Assembly (NCBI GenBank): GCA_036677365.1
Contig: JAVBWN010000014.1
Span: 1 to 64,000, forward strand
DNA: 64,000 nt
Source of the DNA: Acholeplasma sp.
Lineage (GTDB): Bacteria; Bacillota_I; Bacilli_A; Acholeplasmatales; UBA5453
Direction: 5' to 3'
The number at the start of each line of letters is the position of its first letter. Within the stretch, counting starts at the first letter, position 1. Made by a program: the position numbers and the translations under genes. Below the pieces are notes generated by a model. The model was not told where the DNA came from. It did not search any database and saw nothing but the letters and a program-made list of their open reading frames with translations. Positions 20,138 to 30,325 of the stretch are shown in pieces.

Positions 20138-20488
20138 TTAATAACCTCCCTTTGTTATAATTTGTACTTCATATACTCTATTTAAAGAGTAGTCATCGTT
20201 TTGATAACTGCTGATCATGCGATGTGGCAATTCTTTTTCATTTAATCTTGATTCGAGTCGGTGCATTAAGGCTTCACTTCTTTTCTTGGTGACCAAAGTA
20301 ATGTGATATGTCACTTGATAGATAAGCACCTTATTATCAGCATTTACTGGTTTCTTACTAACAATATGCCAGATAATAAATGGTATTTTTTGATTTAAGT
20401 CATCGTTATCATGTAAATTTTCTAAGTAAAAGACATTTTGAGTCACTGGTTTTAAAGCTCGATAAATCGGATCATTTCGCAGCGCCAT
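20138..20488 (-). CDS. Tail completion/terminator protein
   Basis: Synteny and size; PFIIW...ADNKV motif. Confidence 0.65.
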   Translation of the reverse strand: MALRNDPIYRALKPVTQNVFYLENLHDNDDLNQKIPFIIWHIVSKKPVNADNKVLIYQVTYHITLVTKKRSEALMHRLESRLNEKELPHRMISSYQNDDYSLNRVYEVQIITKGGY

Positions 20489-20840
20489 TTTGGATTATCT
20501 CCTTTAAGTCTTCTAGCATCTTTGGAGTGAATTTATCATATCCTGGTATGAGAAAAGGTCTTGCTTTAACAAATTTGCCACTTGTATGCTTAAATCCAAG
20601 TTCAATTAAATGAACCAGTTTCCCTTTTGTCTTTGAAGATATATAGGTTGTATCTCCAATCTTGGTTTTGATAAATGAATCAGCAAGATGATTTGAACCT
20701 GAATCACTCCTTGGGCAATTAGTTTTTATGTACTCAAGTATTTGATCTGCCGTTTTATCTATGCGTGTATCCATCTCTCTCAAAACGTCTTCACCATATT
20801 GCTGAATAAGTTTATTCACACTATCAAGCATTTTATCCAC
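20472..20840 (-). CDS. HK97 gp10-family neck protein
   Basis: HLADS, LVHLIELG, VKARPFLIP motifs. Confidence 0.8.
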   Translation of the reverse strand: MDKMLDSVNKLIQQYGEDVLREMDTRIDKTADQILEYIKTNCPRSDSGSNHLADSFIKTKIGDTTYISSKTKGKLVHLIELGFKHTSGKFVKARPFLIPGYDKFTPKMLEDLKEIIQNGAAK

Positions 20841-21147
20841 TAATGAAATCCTCAGCTGTTAACGTAGTATTTGATAAATAAAGTTCTATATATTGACCTA
20901 AATCATACGTTCTTTCAACTTTATAGAATGTAGCTCCTACTTTTACAAACTTTTCTCCTCCATAGAGGAATGACACAACAAGAACTTTTCTGATAATGTT
21001 AAGTTTTGTCTGGACACTTGTTTCAAACTCGTTTGTTGTTAAACTGCGTTCAACTCCAATGACTTCTTTAGATGACAAGACTATGTACTTCTCTCTTTTC
21101 TTATCAACTTTGATTAGACTAATACGTATGTTAGACATTTCATTCAC
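20833..21147 (-). CDS. Head closure / head-tail adaptor protein
   Basis: Synteny; YGGEKFV...YKVERTY...IELY motif. Confidence 0.7.
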   Translation of the reverse strand: MNEMSNIRISLIKVDKKREKYIVLSSKEVIGVERSLTTNEFETSVQTKLNIIRKVLVVSFLYGGEKFVKVGATFYKVERTYDLGQYIELYLSNTTLTAEDFISG

Positions 21148-21421
21148 CCTTTGATATAGCCAACTGATTCAAAATCGTATAAAAACTAGAGGGTAGTTCA
21201 CGCACACTACCATCAGTTTTAAACCCAAAGAATGTTTTGCAGTAAATTAAAATCAACGTTACTACTATCTCCGAGTTGTTTATGGTATCTTGACTAACTC
21301 CTGTTGAGGAGATGAGTTCTTTACATGAAAGTATATGAACTTCAATCTCCCCATCAGCGAATGTTTCTGATTCAGGAATTAGAAGACTCCTTTTCACTTT
21401 GTTCAGTAGAAAGTTGTCCAT
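21140..21421 (-). CDS. Head-tail connector (gp6-like)
   Basis: Follows the capsid gene; LLNKVKRSL...D.EI...I...LIYCKTFFG. Confidence 0.75.
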   Translation of the reverse strand: MDNFLLNKVKRSLLIPESETFADGEIEVHILSCKELISSTGVSQDTINNSEIVVTLILIYCKTFFGFKTDGSVRELPSSFYTILNQLAISKGE

Positions 21422-21426
21422 AAAAA

Positions 21427-22572
21427 TTATTCTTCAGGGGTTGCTGTACTTGACCCTTTGACAACACGAACAAAACCTTGATACCCAACGACGTTACCAC
21501 CAACGAACACAGATGCTTTGTAGCAAATAATCCCTTGCTTAAACTTATAATCGTTTGATTTGGAAATTTCGATTGGTGAGAAGACAGCGACTTCGTAGTT
21601 TTTTAGCGATCCGTATGCCATTGCATATGCACCTTCTGGTGTTTGACTCTTAGAAAGTGAACTACAGTTTGAATTGATGATATAAGGAATTCCATCAATC
21701 GTGTGATTCACATAATCAATCGAATGCACTTTTCTACCTTCTTTTGTTCTCAATCCAGCAAATGCACGTAAATCATGCTTGTTGAGAATCAGTACTGCAC
21801 CACCCTCAACATCTTCATTTCCACCATAGGCAAAAACAATATCATCAAGGGTATTTTCATTGATTTCTCCAATTGATAGATCTTCTGTATCACTAAGAGC
21901 AATGGCTTTATCGGAGAATAATCCAGTAAAGTTATTTGCTGTACCAGCACCTCTTAAAATTTCCAATGAGAGTTTCTTCTTTAAACTGGTTTTAATATTT
22001 TTGATAACTTCTGCTTGGTAGTTAACGCTTGGAAGTTTTTCTAGTTCTTCAGTAATTTCTGTATATGCTGTTAGCTTACACTTTGTAATAGTCACATAAC
22101 CGAAATCAGGTTCAGTTTCATGATAATCTTCGCTTTCATTTGTATATCCAGCTGTACCGGATTCTTTCACGAATGTTTTCTTGTAAGTCTCGCCACCATT
22201 TAAGTTGATAAGATTGATGTTATCTACTAGTGAACTAACCTCACTAAATGGATAAGCTGTTAATTTATTATCAACATGCTGTGGTAAGAGAATTTCATCT
22301 TGTGACACTTGGACGATACGTTTTTCTCTTAAATCAACACCACGTTTTTCAAGTACCTCAACATTTAATTCATTTTTCTTTTCAACAAGAACATTTGTTG
22401 GAACAAACTTTGCTGCTAAAAGTAATTTTTTGTCAATGACATTTCTTTCTGATACAAGTTTATCGAGTTCTTGTTCAAGTGTTTCTAATACTGGAAGTTC
22501 AGCCGTTTCAGACTCTGCTTTAATCGCTGCAATACGAACTTCGATTTCTTTTTTTCTAGCGTTTAAACTCAT
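21427..22572 (-). CDS. HK97-fold major capsid protein
   Basis: N-terminal coiled-coil delta domain, then TEITEEL, ILRGAG, IDGIPYII, YGSLKNY. Confidence 0.92.
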   Translation of the reverse strand: MSLNARKKEIEVRIAAIKAESETAELPVLETLEQELDKLVSERNVIDKKLLLAAKFVPTNVLVEKKNELNVEVLEKRGVDLREKRIVQVSQDEILLPQHVDNKLTAYPFSEVSSLVDNINLINLNGGETYKKTFVKESGTAGYTNESEDYHETEPDFGYVTITKCKLTAYTEITEELEKLPSVNYQAEVIKNIKTSLKKKLSLEILRGAGTANNFTGLFSDKAIALSDTEDLSIGEINENTLDDIVFAYGGNEDVEGGAVLILNKHDLRAFAGLRTKEGRKVHSIDYVNHTIDGIPYIINSNCSSLSKSQTPEGAYAMAYGSLKNYEVAVFSPIEISKSNDYKFKQGIICYKASVFVGGNVVGYQGFVRVVKGSSTATPEE

Positions 22573-22573
22573 A

Positions 22574-23212
22574 TTATTGAATATCTCCTTTGATTTTGAT
22601 TTTTTTTCTTATGATCTCTTTTTGGTGTTCATGCTTTAAGTTTTCCAACTCCCTAGTATCGTTATCCAACAACTCTAAGCTTCTCGCATAAACGCTCGTT
22701 CCCTCATAAGCAGGAACGTCTACAATAGACACATCATACAATCGATCAATCCTTTGAATGGTTCTTATCGGAATCGTACCAGTTCTATCCCAGGACTGGT
22801 TCTTTACCGTAAATGCAAAGCTCATCTTATCCAAAAGTCCGCTTTTAACCATTTTATAGATATCTTGATTGGATTGTGTATCTAGTAGTTCAGCTCTAAT
22901 TTTTAACCCCACTTCATCAACTTCAAGTTCAAGTGATTTGTTTCTAGTTCTTGCAATTACTAAGAAGTTGTCTTGGTGATTGTACTTTAAGGGTACATCT
23001 TTCATATTTGTTTCAGTAAGTGCATCTATTGCTATGATTTCTTTAAATCCATGTGCTTCAGTTCCAATAAGTGTTTGCTCATTAAACTTGATAGCGTAAC
23101 CTTCAATAATCATTTTTTCTTCACTTACTGCTTGGATTTCTGATATACGAGTTTCTTTATTTATCATCTTTGTCATCCTTTCCGACTTGGTATTGATCCG
23201 CATATTTTGCAT
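22574..23212 (-). CDS. HK97-family prohead protease; likely start 23167
   Basis: IEGYAIKFN, YNH, MSFAF, DVSIVDVPAY catalytic motifs. Confidence 0.92.
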   Translation of the reverse strand: MQNMRINTKSERMTKMINKETRISEIQAVSEEKMIIEGYAIKFNEQTLIGTEAHGFKEIIAIDALTETNMKDVPLKYNHQDNFLVIARTRNKSLELEVDEVGLKIRAELLDTQSNQDIYKMVKSGLLDKMSFAFTVKNQSWDRTGTIPIRTIQRIDRLYDVSIVDVPAYEGTSVYARSLELLDNDTRELENLKHEHQKEIIRKKIKIKGDIQ

Positions 23213-24371
23213 TTACAAAATTAAGACTTTGAATCCGTTTGTTACCTGCTTCAATAGGTGGATATCCTAACACTCCACGAGATTCATTAATTGAAAAAAT
23301 GCCTAATCCCATTAGTTTTTCAATTGCAGTAATCTTACTTGACCATGAAGCATAGTTTAACCGTTCACCATAAAACATGACTTGCTCGCCCTCTGTAAGA
23401 CTTTTATCTGTTAGTAAAGCCTTGCTGAATGCATTAGACAAAAATATGGAAATAGGTTCGAGTGTGTTTTCATAGAATGCATTGTATTCATTCTCATCAT
23501 ATTTTGAGTTTAAAATTGACTCACTTACTCCAAAGTAGTTAAGTATCTTATTTTGTACAAACGTGAGTGTTTCTTTGTCAATAATCTTTGGATCAATCGA
23601 AAGCGGGATATAATCTGCTTTCATATCAACTGGGATTATACTTGAACCATTCTTATCTCGATTCGTCTTAAGTGCTTCATCAAAGATATCTTTCTGTTTC
23701 TGCTTATCCTTTTCTGATAACATTGCATTCATCTTAAGCAACCCTTTTACTTGAAAACTTGATCGTAATGCATTCTCTAATCCGGTTAACAAGTTCTCAT
23801 TCATATTGATACTCTTTAGTAGTTGCTTATGATTTGATATCGCACCATCACCACCAAATAGTTCATGATTTTTATAAAGCCTTTTTAAATGAATGAGTGA
23901 CTCATAAGGCAGCGTATATGTTTTTCCATCACCAAAGTCCATATCAAGAAATAGTGTGTCTCCTAAATCTTGCTTTATTTCTACTTTGACTGGGTTTAGT
24001 GGATATAGACCTGTTAACTGGTTTTTCTGATTAAATGAAAGATATATGAAGCAATTGTTATTGGTTAACAAGAGGCTAACTACTTTATAAATAAATTCTG
24101 ATGTTGTCATGAGTTCATTTGGATAGTGAGAAAGTCGAAAATTGATTTCATCCTCTACGACTTCAACAGAGCCTTCTTTACCGTGTTTAATATGTTTAGG
24201 TTTTAATTTACTAATATGGGAAGCGATTCTATCGATACATATCTCTGCAATGTCACTATCTTCGATACGTTTTGAATTTGACATCATATAGCTGATGTTG
24301 GCCGAGAAAATATTGAACTCGTTTGATGAATCTATCGTTTTTTTCTTCTTAAATACATCAAAAATACTCAT
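23157..24371 (-). CDS. HK97-family portal protein
   Basis: CIDRIA, PNELMT..EF, LYPLNP, I..YFGV, SINESR..LGYPP. Confidence 0.92.
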   Translation of the reverse strand: MSIFDVFKKKKTIDSSNEFNIFSANISYMMSNSKRIEDSDIAEICIDRIASHISKLKPKHIKHGKEGSVEVVEDEINFRLSHYPNELMTTSEFIYKVVSLLLTNNNCFIYLSFNQKNQLTGLYPLNPVKVEIKQDLGDTLFLDMDFGDGKTYTLPYESLIHLKRLYKNHELFGGDGAISNHKQLLKSINMNENLLTGLENALRSSFQVKGLLKMNAMLSEKDKQKQKDIFDEALKTNRDKNGSSIIPVDMKADYIPLSIDPKIIDKETLTFVQNKILNYFGVSESILNSKYDENEYNAFYENTLEPISIFLSNAFSKALLTDKSLTEGEQVMFYGERLNYASWSSKITAIEKLMGLGIFSINESRGVLGYPPIEAGNKRIQSLNFVNAKYADQYQVGKDDKDDK

Positions 24372-26017
24372 CTTATCATTCCCTCATATTCTGATTTGTA
24401 TCGATTAAGAACCGCATATGCAATAATCAACGCAACCGCACCATCAATTCGTTTAAACTTAGATCCTAGTTTGGATGGTTGAATGTTTCCGTTAATGTCT
24501 ACCTTAGCCTGTGTATTCGCTAGGTTCCATTTCATCATAGGATTGTTATTGTAGTTAACCACTTTATTTTTAAGGTCAGCTTCTAATTGTTTCATCGGCT
24601 CTGATAATGAATATATGCCTTGTCTAACTTTTTCTAAAATAAAACCAGCTTCTTCCATTTCCTTTACCCAATAAAGTGAGTTCCACGGATCATAACCAAT
24701 CCATAGTGGTCTAATACCGTTCTCTCTTATCATCTTAATAAACCAGTTTGTAACTAGGGAGAAATCATTTTGACTTCCTGGACTTAAGGTAATTAATCCT
24801 TGGGAAAGCCATATATCATATGGTGCATTATCTTCTTCTTTACGTTTTTCTAAAACTTCTGATGGCATAAAGTATTGTGCATGAACATACTTTTTTCCAC
24901 CTTTGACTATCAACAATAACGCCACAGTCAAATCAGTTGTATTTGATAAATCAACACCGCCTATTGCATAACTATCACTGATTGATTTCATCGTATAGGT
25001 TTCAGTGTTATTTACATCTTTAAATTCTAACCATGCGCCTTGATCTGTTTGCTTGATATTGAAATCTTTACAAAGCATCGTAACTTTCATGGAATGGTCA
25101 TTTCTTGATTTATTCATGATGTCTTCAAGGTAACTTGGTAGTTTTACCGTTCCTAGACTTGGATTAGATTTTTGCCATGTTTTTTTATCGTGATAGATTT
25201 CATCTACACTGTCTTGTGTATATAGCCATGGCAGAATATGTTCATCTTCAATTTCCTTTTTAATAAGCTTTCTACAATAGGTTAGTTTTGAATCCAGAAA
25301 CCCTTGGGGGACTACGCCTTCAGTGGTAATGATAAAGATAAGTGGTTCAATCTTTGTTGACTGAGATTGCTTAATTGCATCATAAACTTTAGAATCAGTC
25401 ATCTCATGAACTTCATCAATACATCCTACTTCAATATTGAAACCGTCTTTATTTCTACTTTGGGCAGATAGTTTCTTTATCTTGTTTTTACTCTTAGGTG
25501 AGTATATATAAAAAATATTTTTCTTAGAATACTTCTCATTTCTTAAAGTCTTTGAACCCTCTCGCATGTTATTTATTTCTTCAAACAAAATAGATGCTTG
25601 ATCATTAGTATTAGATGCACATACGATATCTGTTCCACCGTTTGAAAGAAAGAATTCTGCCAAGTCAATTCCAGCAATAAATGTTGTCTTTCCATTTTTT
25701 CTTGCCACCAGGAGTACGACTTCGTTAAATCTCCTAAGGCCTGTTTCTTTATACTTGAATCCATAAGCTGTTTGAAGCAATGCTTTTTCCCATAACTCAA
25801 GTAAGAAAGGATGTCCATTGAATGGCGATTTGGTGTGTTTACAAAAGGTTTCAATAAATCTAATTCTTGCTAAACCAGGTAAGGGATCAAAAACAAATTT
25901 CGGATTGCTTAATTCTGATATCAAGAAGTCAAGTTGGTCTTTTAGTTCTTTCCCAACAATGATATTTCCTTTTTCAATTTCTTGATAATACTGGATTAAG
26001 TAATTTTCTTGTATCAT
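24368..26017 (-). CDS. terL: Terminase large subunit
   Basis: Walker A VARKNGKT, Walker B IDEVHE, nuclease GVDLS, YDPWN, RIDGAVA. Confidence 0.95.
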   Translation of the reverse strand: MIQENYLIQYYQEIEKGNIIVGKELKDQLDFLISELSNPKFVFDPLPGLARIRFIETFCKHTKSPFNGHPFLLELWEKALLQTAYGFKYKETGLRRFNEVVLLVARKNGKTTFIAGIDLAEFFLSNGGTDIVCASNTNDQASILFEEINNMREGSKTLRNEKYSKKNIFYIYSPKSKNKIKKLSAQSRNKDGFNIEVGCIDEVHEMTDSKVYDAIKQSQSTKIEPLIFIITTEGVVPQGFLDSKLTYCRKLIKKEIEDEHILPWLYTQDSVDEIYHDKKTWQKSNPSLGTVKLPSYLEDIMNKSRNDHSMKVTMLCKDFNIKQTDQGAWLEFKDVNNTETYTMKSISDSYAIGGVDLSNTTDLTVALLLIVKGGKKYVHAQYFMPSEVLEKRKEEDNAPYDIWLSQGLITLSPGSQNDFSLVTNWFIKMIRENGIRPLWIGYDPWNSLYWVKEMEEAGFILEKVRQGIYSLSEPMKQLEADLKNKVVNYNNNPMMKWNLANTQAKVDINGNIQPSKLGSKFKRIDGAVALIIAYAVLNRYKSEYEGMIR

Positions 26018-26376
26018 GACAATCCCTTTAAGAATTTTTCCAACTCATCATCTCCATCATCACTAGACTTTCCAATGATTGTATGTATGTTTTTCATGAG
26101 TGATGAAAAAGTTGATAATGTACGGTTGTAGTGTTTACTTGCTTCTGTTTGCTTTTGTCTACCATTTTTGTTGATTTGAATTGCACCATAGGTACTAATC
26201 TGTTCTTTCAAAATGTCCAATTCAACTAACAAAAAAGAAGCTTGTTTAACAAGTTCTTCAACTAAACACTTTTTACTTGGTTCTAGTTTATCAATACCTA
26301 GTGATTGAGCTAATCTATTGTATTCATCAAACACGCATTTGTAATTACTCATCATAACGCTCCTGGGGTTCCTCAA
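26014..26376 (-). CDS. terS: Terminase small subunit (P27-like); likely start ~26355
   Basis: Overlaps the terL start; L...I...G......G.QK...A...Y and acidic C-terminal DDELEKFL. Confidence 0.75.
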   Translation of the reverse strand: MRNPRSVMMSNYKCVFDEYNRLAQSLGIDKLEPSKKCLVEELVKQASFLLVELDILKEQISTYGAIQINKNGRQKQTEASKHYNRTLSTFSSLMKNIHTIIGKSSDDGDDELEKFLKGLS

Positions 26377-26776
26377 ATATTGCTTCTGGACATAACAGAA
26401 TGTCTCCGACTAGTGTGATTCCAGTATATTGTTTGAATAGATTGTTAATAGGTAATCCTAGGATTAATCCTTCTTCATTGCAAACGATTAAATGATTATT
26501 GTATCTATTTGGATAAAGTTCAATTAATCCCTCTACAAGGCTTTGAAGTTCCTTGAGTGTGAAGTACTCGTCCTTGGGGTTAATGTGTCTTAAAGTGCCA
26601 TCTGCTTTGAATAGCATTGCATATTTGGTTTCATCCTGGTTCTCAAATATTCTCATTGGCAAAACCACTTGATTGTTACATTGATCACAGCAACTATTCC
26701 TCTTAAAAGGCTTTGGATTATTCCCGTATTCAGTGAATCGCTTTTTGCATATAGAACATGTTTTTATGTCACTCAT
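26345..26776 (-). CDS. Zn-finger + DUF3846-like protein
   Basis: CSIC...GNNP.P...CCDQCN, then TLKELQSLVEG.IE...CNEEG...LPIN...LVGD. Confidence 0.6.
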   Translation of the reverse strand: MSDIKTCSICKKRFTEYGNNPKPFKRNSCCDQCNNQVVLPMRIFENQDETKYAMLFKADGTLRHINPKDEYFTLKELQSLVEGLIELYPNRYNNHLIVCNEEGLILGLPINNLFKQYTGITLVGDILLCPEAIFEEPQERYDE

Positions 26777-27027
26777 TAGATTTCACCATCCCTTTTCATC
26801 TTTTCAAATTCTTCTTTTACAATTTTCTTAGTTCTCAATCTTTCAGCTTCTTTATCTTCTTCAGTCTCTTCGACATATGATACAGTTACATCTGCTCTTG
26901 TGCCTTTTGTTAGACCATCATATGCTTGATTCAGGACTCGTTGTAGTTGATCATGAGACTGTACTTCTCCGCTTAAATATTTGGTATCACCATTTTGCAT
27001 TACTGTTATTTGATATTTGATTGCCAT
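26776..27027 (-). CDS. Hypothetical phage protein
   Basis: ORF with AGGAG RBS; first gene of the packaging operon. Confidence 0.6.
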   Translation of the reverse strand: MAIKYQITVMQNGDTKYLSGEVQSHDQLQRVLNQAYDGLTKGTRADVTVSYVEETEEDKEAERLRTKKIVKEEFEKMKRDGEI

Positions 27028-27258
27028 TGTTAATATCTCCTTGTCGATATATAGGGTTTATCCCTTAAACAAACAATACCGCATAAAGAAATAAAGTCTA
27101 TTAGATAACAGTATTTCATTTATGAAAACCAATTCTGCGAGGGAACCTACATGAAAAGCATTTGGAGTGCGAGTCAGAGGTAGGAATGAGCCTATTTAGA
27201 TGTCTGTTTACCACTTGGGTTTCTGTTTCTTTGACTTCAATTATCCATCGTTATGGTG

Positions 27259-27303
27259 ATTATACCGCTTGCTTATATTTGTCATAGGTTGGCTCAGAGC
27301 ATA
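27259..27303 (-). promoter_or_regulatory. Putative activator-dependent late promoter 1
   Basis: TATGCTCTGAGCCAACCTA (27303-27285), N16, GCGG, TATAAT (27264-27259). Confidence 0.65.
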
Positions 27304-27414
27304 CAAAGTTTAGTCAAGTTTTGATTGTTGCGGTATAGGGGGTGCAGTTATGATTTTTAGCATGAAAAAAGACCAGCATATATCGCTAGTCTAAAAGTTT
27401 TGATTGAAACTGAA

Positions 27415-27505
27415 ATTCGATTTTCCAAAAAAATAGCCCCACGTATTTTGGAGGTGGGGCGTTCGGTGTGGATTATTAATCGATTCTTTTTGGAATGGGG
27501 GGAGT
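27415..27505 (-). other. Putative cos/packaging-site region
   Basis: Minus strand CCCCCC...ACACCGAACGCCCCACCTCC...TTTTTTTGGAAAATCG, a GC-rich island between HNH and terS, as in HK97-type cos phages. Also forms a GCCCCAC/GTGGGGC hairpin with a T-tail. Confidence 0.5.
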
Positions 27506-28576
27506 CAATTCATCTTTCAATGTGTTTAGAATCTCATTTAACTCGGTATGGTATTTTTTTAGAGATCCTTGTTGATTTATATCAATAATTAAGGTGTCAA
27601 TTTTTTGTCTTATACCTAGTTTTTCAATTGTATCACTGAATAAGAATAAATCAAAATTCATGAAATCATCATTTTCAAAAAAATATGAGACCAAATGATA
27701 CTTAGTAATTTTGTTTTCCAAATCTGAAAATTCTTTGTCTGTTTTAGAAAAGTTGCCAATTATTGACATTATTGTGTAATACGAAGGATCATATCTTATA
27801 TACGGTATTAGTCTTGAAGCAACCGATGTGTAGATTATGTCAATCGCTTGTCCTATTAAGCCCCCTAGTGTGATAAAAAACATAACAGCATCATTAGGAG
27901 CACCAAGTTTTTGTACACTTTTTTCTTGCTTTACTAGATTAATTTTTTCACTTAATGTCATGCTATTATTTTCCCTAGAAGTTAGGTGAATAGCATTAAC
28001 GAAACTAGTTTTGAAGTATTTCTCAATATCTTCAATAGATTCACATTTTGAAAAATATTCGCTAATATCGCCTATTCCATCGAACATTGAAACAAATATG
28101 TTTTCCATATTTTCTTTCAACTGTTGTTGATTAATTTGAGAGTAGAGCAATCTTATTGGTATGACCCACAATATTGCAGAATACTTTTCAATTATTTCAA
28201 TGTTATCGTTAATTGACAATATTGCCTTTTCATATATGAAATCACTGTATTTATCAAGTTTTTGATTTGCTGTTTCTAGATGAGAAAATAGTGGATCATC
28301 AAAAATGTGATACTCTCCGCATAATAGAAATGGGTATTGGTCCCCATCTGATAAGTCTAAAACAGTTGCGGTAGTCAAGTAAGTTATGTTACTTTTATCC
28401 AGTATGCTCTCAATTATGAACTCAATTTTATTTTCTCTTTTTATCCAGAAGTGTTTTAACTCATCCATCAATAAATAAATGTTGTCTTTCGTTATAATCT
28501 CACGGATATTCTTTAATACTGTTAAATATTCTAATTGAACTTCAACGATTAAACTTACTATATATTTGTTTTTCAT
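27476..28576 (-). CDS. Hypothetical protein, second gene of a two-gene moron
   Basis: AT-rich 366-aa ORF overlapping the upstream gene by 4 nt. Confidence 0.65.
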   Translation of the reverse strand: MKNKYIVSLIVEVQLEYLTVLKNIREIITKDNIYLLMDELKHFWIKRENKIEFIIESILDKSNITYLTTATVLDLSDGDQYPFLLCGEYHIFDDPLFSHLETANQKLDKYSDFIYEKAILSINDNIEIIEKYSAILWVIPIRLLYSQINQQQLKENMENIFVSMFDGIGDISEYFSKCESIEDIEKYFKTSFVNAIHLTSRENNSMTLSEKINLVKQEKSVQKLGAPNDAVMFFITLGGLIGQAIDIIYTSVASRLIPYIRYDPSYYTIMSIIGNFSKTDKEFSDLENKITKYHLVSYFFENDDFMNFDLFLFSDTIEKLGIRQKIDTLIIDINQQGSLKKYHTELNEILNTLKDELTPPIPKRID

Positions 28577-30009
28577 ATAAATTTTTCTGGTAATGGGTAA
28601 ATAGAATTCAGGTAGATAATAGTTTTATCCATTACTTTTTTGCAATCATTCCAAACTGATGACAAATTTTGCTTGTTTTCATAATCAATTGTGTGATGAT
28701 ATTGATGAGTTGCTGTGTTACATGAAACAGATATGCTTTCTCTAATTGCGCCCCAAAGCCCATGTTCATATTGAGAGTCATAATCATAATAGAAATCAAA
28801 TAAATCTTTTTCATCAACACTAATTGCTTTCTCTCTAATGTTCTTTTTGTCAAAATATCTAGTATCAAGATTTAAAAATTTTTCATCTGTTTCTGAGTCT
28901 AAAATTGATTCTATATAGTCAACATTAAAATGAGAGTCTACAGGAATGTTTCTACTTTTATCTTTATATTTTAAAAGTATAAGTTTTAGTTGTCCTAGAC
29001 CATATGAGACAAATTCTTTCCATATATTTGGGTGATTAGTTTCCTCAAGCACAAGATATTTAATCATAATATAGTTTTCGATAATATTTCTCACTATGCT
29101 TCTTCCAGAGATTTGATTGAATAAATTATGCTCTACAAGTTCTAACATTCTTTTATAGGAATACCCATATATTGATATTAATACTTCCATTTTCGAATCT
29201 AACGGATGAAAATTTTGAAACAAACCATTATAATATTCAGCTATTTTTTTGCATTTATCGACATATAATTTTTCTTCGTCAAAATTTTCTTTTTCCTCAT
29301 AATGAAATACAAATAGTTCACATTGAGTCATTTCGCTCATCTCCTTCCAAAAAAACATGTTAAAGTCACTGTCATATCTTATAATGTCCTGCAAACCAAG
29401 TTCAGTTGCTCTTACGGATGGTCTCCATAATCTCATGTTATCATCTGAATGTGGTGTGTAAGGATAATTCGTTAACGCTTCAGTTATAGATAAACCTCTC
29501 ATAAACTTGACTTTATTTGCAACTACTGCACTCCAAATAATCAAGAATCTTAAATCGGAAGATAGTTCACTTTGATTGTCATACGTATCTTTTATAAGTT
29601 CCATTAAAACCTTTTTCCTATCAATGTTTAAATCATCATCATAGAAATGTTTCGCAAAAAAAGGATATTTTGAATATGAAAATATCAATGTGAGTGGATA
29701 AAGGACTTTAGGTTCTACTAGCGTAGTTACATACACAAAAATATCTACTTGTTGAGTTTCATCTAGTTTTAATATTTCTGAAAATAGTGGAAACTCTAAT
29801 TTGTGAGTATCATGAATGTATTTAATTATCTTTCCACATATTTCCAATCCATCAGAATGGTCATACTCTTTTAAAATTAGTGCAAACCAAAAAAAAGATG
29901 GTAGTCTTTGATATGTCCAGTTTCCAAGGCGTAGTCCTGGTAGTTCACTAAATGGAGCAACTAATACTCCTTTTTTCATTTTATAATTTTCAAGTTTTAA
30001 TTTTTCCAT
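28573..30009 (-). CDS. DUF5677/HEPN-like domain protein (moron)
   Basis: C-terminal SIVRNIIENYIMIKYL ... YDYDSQYEHG pattern; own TATAAT and RBS upstream. Confidence 0.55.
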   Translation of the reverse strand: MEKLKLENYKMKKGVLVAPFSELPGLRLGNWTYQRLPSFFWFALILKEYDHSDGLEICGKIIKYIHDTHKLEFPLFSEILKLDETQQVDIFVYVTTLVEPKVLYPLTLIFSYSKYPFFAKHFYDDDLNIDRKKVLMELIKDTYDNQSELSSDLRFLIIWSAVVANKVKFMRGLSITEALTNYPYTPHSDDNMRLWRPSVRATELGLQDIIRYDSDFNMFFWKEMSEMTQCELFVFHYEEKENFDEEKLYVDKCKKIAEYYNGLFQNFHPLDSKMEVLISIYGYSYKRMLELVEHNLFNQISGRSIVRNIIENYIMIKYLVLEETNHPNIWKEFVSYGLGQLKLILLKYKDKSRNIPVDSHFNVDYIESILDSETDEKFLNLDTRYFDKKNIREKAISVDEKDLFDFYYDYDSQYEHGLWGAIRESISVSCNTATHQYHHTIDYENKQNLSSVWNDCKKVMDKTIIYLNSIYPLPEKFI

Positions 30010-30052
30010 TATTACCCACCCACTTATAATATAATTATAACAAAAAAAGACC

Positions 30053-30325
30053 CTATTTTTCTATAAGATCTCCCTTTTCGTTAAACATATAATCATCTTT
30101 AGTTTTGTGTGTTTCCTGGTTGTGACACTTTCTACATAGACATTCGAGATTATCAAGTCTCATTGATACTTCATAATCATGAACATTTGCTTCTGTAAGT
30201 GTTGTCTTGTGATGAACATCAATTGCAACTCCACCACACCTTTTACATTTATAATTTTCTACCCTCATCTTATACTTTCGTTGTTTCTGCCAAGCCGATG
30301 ATGAATAGAACTCCTTAATAGTCAT
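30053..30325 (-). CDS. Packaging-associated HNH endonuclease
   Basis: FYSSSAW, CKRC, VHHK, NLECLCRKCHN. Confidence 0.9.
   Translation of the reverse strand: MTIKEFYSSSAWQKQRKYKMRVENYKCKRCGGVAIDVHHKTTLTEANVHDYEVSMRLDNLECLCRKCHNQETHKTKDDYMFNEKGDLIEK

Noticed and set aside
27121..27250. Short open frame in the late leader (IEVKETETQVVNRHL...)
   Set aside because: No ATG start or RBS downstream of the predicted promoter.
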